Below are positions 55,482 through 64,000 of a stretch of 64,000 bases of DNA, one piece after another. Position numbers and translations under genes: made by a program. This DNA comes from Owenia fusiformis (taxonomy: Eukaryota). The DNA lies in the NCBI GenBank assembly GCA_903813345.2, contig CAIIXF020000001.1:37014001-37078000 (forward strand). The letters are read 5' to 3'. The notes under the pieces are model-generated. The model did not search any database. It was not told the origin of the DNA and saw only the letters and a program-made list of their open reading frames with translations. Position 1 is the first letter of the stretch, and each line of letters opens with the position of its first letter.

Positions 55482-58400
55482 CCTGGTAATAACACTAAAT
55501 TGACCCTATTGATGTGTAGTCCCCTATAGAATCTATGCACTGAATCCCCTTGTTCAGTTCCTGGTCTGATGCTGCTTGTATTGTCTCTACTTAGCTCTTT
55601 CTTTTATTGTCTTCTATGTGATCCAGATTTGCCAGTATTGTATTTCTGTTTATTGCGTTATAATGTATTCTGGATTTGATGAGTCAGTTTATAAGGTCCT
55701 CTGTCTTTATGAGTTCTAGTCTAGTTCACAATGACCCCAAATTGTAATCACTTTGCAGAGGTGTATACTGAAAATATAATATATCAAACTCTATTACTAT
55801 TAAATTACAGTGAAGGATTTGAGACTGATGATTTTAGTGTCACCACAAGAAGCTGTGACATATAGTCTCTATCTTTTGTGGAGGGTGTTCAGCATTCTGT
55901 GGTCGGAGTTCAGTGTTCAGCATCTGTAACAAATGGCAGGTAGTGATAGTTTGCATGTTAATGCCTTATTCAAGTATACATTCAAAATTCCACGGGTGCT
56001 AATTAGGGACAGGGTCAATATGTCTATGTCCAAAAGTTCATAAATTAAAGTGTGATTTAATAAAATGACTCCCTCCCAAAAATGTAACTTTAATTGATAC
56101 TTTTTTGAATTCATTCAGTTCTTTCCTTTTAATAAAGAATGCGAGGAACACAATGTACTTTTACCCCCACCCGAATGCATAATAACTATTTATGTTTGTG
56201 AGCATATATCTATATATTGTGTATTTGACTTTGTTCAAGAGAATACTACTACATGTGAATAAAATTAACTTTTAACTTTCTTAATCCTTCCATGTATTTC
56301 TGGCCTATGGTGAATTCCTTCCAGTCATATGAAATACCTTGATGGTTCAAAATGTGTTAACCTATCATCCTTTCAATTAAAAATGAATATAATATTAAAA
56401 TGTCAACTCATCTTGTTTATTTATCTTTTATGTACCTGAAGTCCAAATGAAAAGTGAAGTAAGTGAATGAGCTACTAACTACCTGACTATATAGCCTCTT
56501 TAGTAACACATTTATGCAGGTTTTAATTTTTACATCGAACAACCCATATATAAACTTCCTTACTTTATTATTAAAAGTATATCTAATTATTTTACACTTT
56601 AACTTGTGCGCTATCTGATATCAGCGATTTAAGATTGATATTGGACAATTTTGGAATGTCAGATTGACATAGCTCACCGGATATCCAATATATGACTGCG
56701 ATGATGCAGATACCCTTCACAAGACTCTACCTCCATCTATACTCTTCAAATGAAATTTTATACATTGTGATGGTCTGTACCAAATCAGAGTATGTTTTAT
56801 TTTCTACCTATAAGTAGCCAATATTTCTAGCTAACTCTCCTATTAAAAGAAAGATCCATTTGAGCTTATTGGGATCTTGTCAGCATCAAACTTGTAAAAT
56901 GTGTAAATATTAAAGGAGGAGTGTGGTTGGCTAATAGAGATCCAGGATAATGAGTCATTAAAGCTGTGGTTCTGTTCTGTCAATTCTGCCTACTCAGAAG
57001 CAAAAACCAATTCCTCCTCTTCTTCAATTATAATCCCAATATTGTACATTTTTATGATAAAACTCATCTTTATTGAATTTCCCACTCCTGATAATTATTT
57101 GGAATTAATCCCAGACATCCAAGCTTAATTGGTGATACTCTATTGAATTATGAGTGATTATGCCCTATTGCAGAAGCTAATTGAATCTTGATGTCTATAA
57201 CAATAGGAGAAGTGTCTGTAACCCATCTGTATCAGTAATAAACCAACTGCCCATAATAGTAAGGGGAAACTAGATCAGAGTAGTTTATTCATCATGTATA
57301 TATCCATCTGGAGATTTTGTATACTTTTGAACAGGAAATTATATTTGCAGTACCATTGCATCTTCTTTGTAACAACAGACAAGGTCTCTCATATGATTGA
57401 AAACGAAGAAATTAATTTGGAACACTTTAATGGTATGCTGTAGAAATAAAACTAGTTTTGCCTAAAGCACCAGTGGACATTTGTTCTTGGTCCCAGATCT
57501 GTTCTCTCTCATTGACATACATGTTTATAAAACTTTGAAATGTGAACACCTGCTAATCTAAACACTTATAGCTGGTTCTAGAGGCATTCGGATTAGACAT
57601 GTTTTCTGTACTTACCCATGGATAATCCTTTGGGTGACTCCGTTAACCCCAGACTCAAATAATCAAAATACAAATATGTCTCTCATTGAATAAAATATCT
57701 CAAATGAGTCTTTGTAGCTTTCACCTGTTTTTTGACACGAAGAACTTTGAATTTTTTTCTTAAGATTTTAAACAAATACTACTATTTTATAAACTGTATC
57801 TTGCATGCTCATACCTGTACTAACCACAGAGCATTTGGCTTTTTATGAGTGTAGAAAATAAATTTTGCTACATTTTAAGAACCTAAATATTCCTTTGTGT
57901 GGGTCTTTATTCATTGGAACAAATTTTTAAGATCAATACATTTAATTGTGCTAATGGCAGTTCAATTTTAGCCTTCGAATCTGTTATGATTTCAAGTGAC
58001 CTTTGATACCTCACTTGATACAAAACTTCATATTTTGTGTCCTCACAGGTGTTCTCATACAGAAGTGGAGAGTAGGTGTTTATTGAAAAGGCTCCTCAAA
58101 ATCACTTATAAGTTTTTAACATGATATATGCCAACATTGTATTAAAGTAAATTGTGCATCTATGGTTGAACTATGATCTGTTTATCTTTAAAACATTAAA
58201 ATTAATTTGATCAACATAAATCATAAAATATAGTTTATAGATATTGGGATATGATTTATTTACGGGGTTTATATTGTGTAGGCACGGCTTGGTTTTTATT
58301 TGGGTATAAATGTACCTAAACAGGGCTGTATCCAAAGCTTAAAGTGGCAACAAAGAAAAAAGAGGTATTTTGAAAAAATCTTTTTTAAAGCATGCCAGTG

Positions 58401-59888
58401 TTTTCGTTCAAATCAAAAATTATCAGCTGAAAGAAATAATTGAAACATCTAGTCAGAGGCCAAATTGAAGAGTTAAATGTCTCATTGAAGAGTTAAATGT
58501 CAAAATTTGAATTGATACACTATAGGAAAATTAAAGGATTATCATGAAATAAAGAAAATTAAGTGTTTAAAAAAGGTATGACATGGAAATTTAAGTTGCA
58601 AGAATTGTTTTTTTTTGAAAATTACTTTTTACTTGTCTGAAGTCTTTATTGCACCTTTAAATCGAAGTACATTTTACTTTGTTTTACATTTATAATCAGA
58701 TATTTTAGCATATTTGCAGGACGAAGACGAAATGATTTCTCAATCAAGTGACATGACATCTTGGAAAGTACCATTCAGCAATAATTACTACTTCTAAACA
58801 TAACCATTGTTCATCATGAACCCAAATACAGGTTTTCATTTAAAGATGTAAGTGCTATTTAGTGTACCAATGTACAGTACATGAACTAACATGAATTTTG
58901 CATGAGTTTCACATAATTCTATTCCACAAACAAATCTGTACACATGTTTGTTTGGAGTAAGCATAGAAAATACATCTGTATAATTTAAAAAACATTTCTG
59001 TATTGAAGAATGATTCAAAGTTCAATTTGAGAAAATGAAAACAAGATAAGTGAATACTTACCAGTTGTTGTACTGTTTCAACATTTAAAGGGATCGAGTC
59101 AAACAATATTTTGTTCTCAAAAGTAACTTAACAAGGGGTTTGATCTTCTTTACTAAACCTATTGTGATTAAATTGACATGTCACATATCTTACTATCAAA
59201 TATTTAACTAGCTTTGTCAATTTCCCTAGATGCAGAAAACACTGATATTTGGATACAACCCCTTGAGTTATTATTGTAACCTTAAACTTGCGTCTTTACT
59301 TCCTTCTTAATGTATCAAGTCTAATATATGCCTTTTAGACATTTTATAAGTTTTTATAAATTGTATCATCTCTTGTTTCAACTGAGCAACATTTTTATAT
59401 TGAAATTACTTCAGAACATTTATATTCAATAATATGCCATATTCCCAATTTTTTAATTGAAAATGAATTTAAGTTGTAAGTTTATTTATCACAATCGTGT
59501 GAATTTGTTCATGAAAAATCCTGTTTTCATCTACAAGCAAAGAGCATAGAAGTGTAGACAGGTCACGTCACTCTGCTTCTTTAGAATCCCGGGTTTAGAA
59601 TAAAGTTGATCAGACTAAGAATTCAAAATATTATTTTACCCTTTGGGTTGACTGCATCTTTCTTAGTAGCCATAAATATTGATGATGTTCTATTTATGTG
59701 TGTCAAATATACCACAATAATTGCCCCAATGTTAATGACCTACCTATTTATAATGGTTACCCTGGTTACCTGTATTTCCATCAGATATTTACTCTGACTG
59801 AATCTCGAAAATATTTAATATTAATCAAAAACAAATGTATTATAAATTTCAGAATGTTAATGCTATGTTATAAATGCAAACAGAATAC

Positions 59889-60036
59889 CTGAAGAGCACC
59901 TGCTAGTACCAGAAACACAAATTAGAATGGTGACTGTTAGTCCAATCAACTTACAACAAAGGATGTCTTCTATTTTCAATACACAACACTGCACCTGGTT
60001 CTTCTTAAAAACACTTACAAGAAAATGAATTGCCAT
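59889..60036 (-). CDS. Candidate alternative first coding exon of the CUB-Ly6 gene
   Basis: ATG 60036 opens MAIHFLVSVFKKNQVQCCVLKIEDILCCKLIGLTVTILICVSGTSRCSS, which has a hydrophobic stretch. It ends at a phase-1 donor CAG|GTATTC compatible with exon 54284. Confidence 0.5.
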
Positions 60037-60905
60037 TACACAAGATGGACATCGTGCAGAATTGCATTAAAAAGACAGAATACATTTTTCATAAGCAATG
60101 AGCAATGTGTGAAAGATTTGAGATAGCTGATCCAATAAGGAAGTTAATGAAGATCTAAGTTGCATATGTCCAAATTCAATAAATATCATTGCCAAGGACG
60201 AAAGCAATGCCCAAATATCGTTTCTGCTGCTATAGCTGCACACTATTTGCATGCTAATATATAGCTTCCTCACAGAGTTTTATCACCCACAGTTCTGATT
60301 GGGACGGGAAACTATGGAGGAGTGTTAGCCTCACGATAGAGTTGGACAAGATACCACAAATTATCAGGTTCCTTGACCACTTTTTATACGTGCACACTTT
60401 CAGGGTGGACGTGGCACATCGACAAACCACAATCTGCTTCTACAGTTTCAAGTTAAAGGTTTCGGTTCCATTCACCGTGACCATCAAGTATGACAACTTC
60501 CCCCGGTAACTTCCCCACATGGCTAAATGACAATATGCTGATTTGCCATCCATCCTGAACTTCCAAGAAGATATACACACATTTTGGAATTGTACTTTCC
60601 TAATTTCCCCCGTTTAATAGTGATAGAGCTGGTTAATACAATCAAGAGATTTATCATGTCCCCGTGGATTAGCCCCCTGTCATGATGATCCTTTTTAAGT
60701 ACTAAATGATAACGATGCAGTACACTTGTAAATTGAATACAGTCGTCATCATACAGATTATTATGTGATTATGTATGATTATATGAAACTTGTATTGAGA
60801 ACTTAGTCATTTGAAACAATAGAAGCAATTACTCTTGTAATTATTTCCATATTAATTGTACACTGTGTGGATTTTTGAGAGGCGTTGCAGCAGCAACATC
60901 TAATT

Positions 60906-61335
60906 CACTGTTCCGCAACTATATACTTTGACGGAACGTCAATGTAACAAAATGGATGAACTTCTAGGATACGACAAGTTGCAGATTATAATTTGGCACA
61001 AAGCTAGAAAATATAGTTTAATTTTAATAAGTTTCTTCGAATTGGAATTTGTTTTGTAAATGAAGTTGCAATTCATATATTTAGCCCCTCGCTTTTCTTA
61101 CATTGACGAAAGTCCGTTAAAACCAATGGTCTAAATGCATGAAGTTAGTACAGCTAAATACAAATCAAATTCCGAACCGAGAGCATTTCTAAAAGCTAGA
61201 CTATATTGTCTAACTTTGTGCCAAATGATAATCCGCAACATGACTTATATGTAAGTTTAAAACAAAAAACTCGCATTCAGTTCATCCATTTTGTTACAGT
61301 GACGTTCCGTCAAAGTAACTAGTTGTGGAACAGTG
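60906..61335. mobile_element. MITE with long TIRs
   Basis: CACTGTTCCGCAACTA...ATGGATGAACT / AGTTCATCCAT...TAGTTGTGGAACAGTG; TAATT on both flanks; a partial copy ends at ~15458. Confidence 0.75.
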
Positions 61336-62119
61336 TAATTAGCCAGACTTTCCTCTCTCCTCTTACACGTAGTATATCTGCTGATCTATTTAAAGAAACT
61401 GTTTGTATTCTCTAAAATCACCAAAACGGAATAAACATATGTTATTGTCGGAGTCTGACTTACTACAAAAACTAGAATGAGATATGGATGTTTTCACAGA
61501 ATAAGTATTTTCTTCTCGTTGACTTTATACACACCTACCCCCGATGAGAAAAACATTTAAGATATGAATGTCACATGGATCCTTCAATTCCTCTTCAAAA
61601 AGTCGTATGTGATGATGATCTAAATGTGCTTCATAAAAGTGTGAAAAGTCATATCCTCCAAAAATCTGAAAATATCACGGACCCCTCGGTCCCTTTACAA
61701 AACTAAAACTAAATTGTGGCTCACCAACCGTAAATCAATCTGGGGAACAGATGATGTAACATTAAGCCTACAATGCAATTCGCAAGTCATTTTACATGCA
61801 TTTATTTCAAAATCTGATACTGATGAGATCGTAATTTGAAGACTCATGGCATGAGCTGGGACTATGTCTGGCAAACTATTGAAACATTAGATATCCCGTT
61901 GAGACCAGGGAATGACATGAATGACGTTTACTGACGTTTGTGGATCTGGAATTGAGGGGTGGGAGGGGGATGCATATTTCAAGTCTGAAAAAAGGTTGGG
62001 CCCCAAACCAAAAATGGCCCAAATTAAGTTATACGTTAAGGCTCATTTCTTGGAAATTTGGCCTAAAATTCACAGTCAGTATGCAGTTGTAATTTGGGGC
62101 AAGCCCAAATCATGATCTA

Positions 62120-62755
62120 CAGGGTGTCCCGAAAGTATGCCCCCCCCCCTAGGCAGACATATTCCAGTCGCCTCATAGTATGTGCCATATATCATTTTAA
62201 AGATAATCCAAAGTTACATTGATTTGCCAAGTATCATGGTTTAACTCCCAAATGGGAAAAAGTTACAGGCATTTCGAAAGTTGGTGTTTTGTCAAAATAA
62301 AGTTCAATTTTACACCACATTACTAGTCAATGTGACCCCCCTTGGCCATGTTAACAGCAGCAATTATTTTCAGATATGACCTTAAAAGCCCTTCAAATAG
62401 GGGTGCGGAATCTTATAACCCTCTTGACACCTGTTGAGGGACTTTAGAAGAGTTTCCTTAGAGTTTCTACCCTCACCGTTCTCTTTTTCCAACTCAATAT
62501 CCATCCGACCCAAAAAGAATTGCTGCTGTTAAGATGGCCCGGGAGGACATATTGACTAGTGATTTGGTGTAAAATTGAACTTAATTTTGACCAAACACTA
62601 AACTTTGAAATGCCTTTCACATTTGAGAGTTGAACCATGATACTTGGCGAATCAATGTAATTTTGGATAAGCTTTAAATTGATATATGACACATACTATG
62701 ACGACACTGGTATATGTCTGCCTAGGGGGGGGGGGCATACTTTCGGGACACCCTG
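62120..62755. mobile_element. Tc1/mariner-like MITE
   Basis: TA-CAGGGTGTCCCGAAAGTATGCCCC... / ...GGGGCATACTTTCGGGACACCCTG-TA, long imperfect TIRs. Confidence 0.85.
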
Positions 62756-64000
62756 TATACCAGATGGTATCATGATTTGGGCTTGCCCCAAATCAAAATG
62801 CCCACTAATTCCCCTTCCCTCCGCTCCCCCCTTAATCCGCCAGGGGATAAGGTCAGAGAAAGTACTATGATACTAGAAACATGCAATATGAATAACCAAC
62901 AATCCAAAAACATGTGAAAAATCTTTTTAATTATGATAAATATACAATTACAGAAAGAAGTTTATTCCCGAATACGATTTGTCTCTTCAAAAGGGTCAAT
63001 AAGACCTTTTTGATGATTAACCCAGCAGCCAAAGTAATATCGTGATCACATGTCATAAGCATAAAACACACCTCTGGATCTTTCCGTTGGAAATTGTCCA
63101 AAACTGCAGTCCTAACATTAGGACTAAGTTTCTGCCCCCCCTCCCCAAACCATATGTTGTAAACACAGAACTTAACTGTCAATCAACCTGCTCCGATGTT
63201 ATTACAATGTATTACCTCAATATTTTCATCATATTTGGGGATTGGGTGAGGGAATTGGACAGTGATTTGATACAAGCCTTTAAATACATAATTTACTTAT
63301 CTCATAACTCATTGACTAATTTCTCATTGTTTGTATTTCAAGAAATAAGTCTTGTTCACAGACTCCATTTTTATTTTCTTATTCCTCGTGCTGAAGTAAT
63401 AAAAATGAAGAATGTGCCAGAACTCCAGGTTGTTAGAAAATATAAAAACAGACCTGAAACTATGCATGCGAATGCCAATCTCATGTAAAGGTAAATTCAA
63501 ATAACATTGCGCCGGTTGATATGCATTAATAAAATCCTATTTACTAAAATGAATAATAAACCAAAAAATTATGAACCAGAAATAAACAATAAACCATAAT
63601 TTACTCCATAAACAACGTACTCGATTCTAAAACTATTTTTGAGAACAACTTACAACCAAATGATATTAGACAAAGTGATCAGCTTTTTGTTACATGTACA
63701 TTCATGTTTCAATCAATGAACATAAAAGAAGGTAAAAACGTTTCGCATCGGTACTAAAAACATTGAATATTTCTTTTATAATTACAATTTCTAACTCATA
63801 TCAGTACAATGTCTTACTATCTCACTCGCTTGAACATTAACATTTAAAATTAGATTTAATTTTGATTTCAACACCGTTAGTTGGCTGACTTACCCTTTCG
63901 TTTCTGCGACTCCAACCCTCTATTAGTTTATCACTGTTTATGCTCTGTGTATTCTTAGAGATCTCGGTCCATATGTTCTCTCGCTCCGCAGGATGTTCTT

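Overview
AT-rich eukaryotic (invertebrate, probably lophotrochozoan) genomic DNA with three spliced protein-coding genes. (1) NCAPD2/CAP-D2 (condensin I subunit) lies on the minus strand. Its ATG is at 14289, 25 coding exons trace with consistent splice phases, and it runs off the left edge. (2) eIF4G lies on the plus strand, head-to-head with NCAPD2 across a CpG/E-box/CCAAT-rich bidirectional promoter near 18.1-18.6 kb. It carries PABP-, eIF4E-, MIF4G-, MA3- and W2-like segments and stops at 48965. (3) A convergent minus-strand gene encodes signal peptide + CUB + three-finger (Ly6/uPAR) domain + GPI signal (about 270 aa), with two candidate first coding exons. The main hidden structure is an intronic snoRNA array in eIF4G: 15 intact-looking snoRNAs plus 2 relics, one per intron. 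They are SNORD80-like x4, a derived SNORD80 variant x2, SNORD77-like x3, snR57-like (18S) x4 and SNORA17-like H/ACA x2. All SNORD77/80-like D' guides carry C rather than U at the target-specifying +5 position, which suggests a co-varied 28S target. eIF4G also has a candidate alternative first exon ([18 protein letters not shown]) that would give an isoform lacking the PABP site. Introns and intergenic DNA hold many non-autonomous DNA transposons (hAT-, piggyBac-, Kolobok-, Tc1- and Helentron-like). rRNA target and family assignments rely on remembered human/yeast sequences, not on a search.
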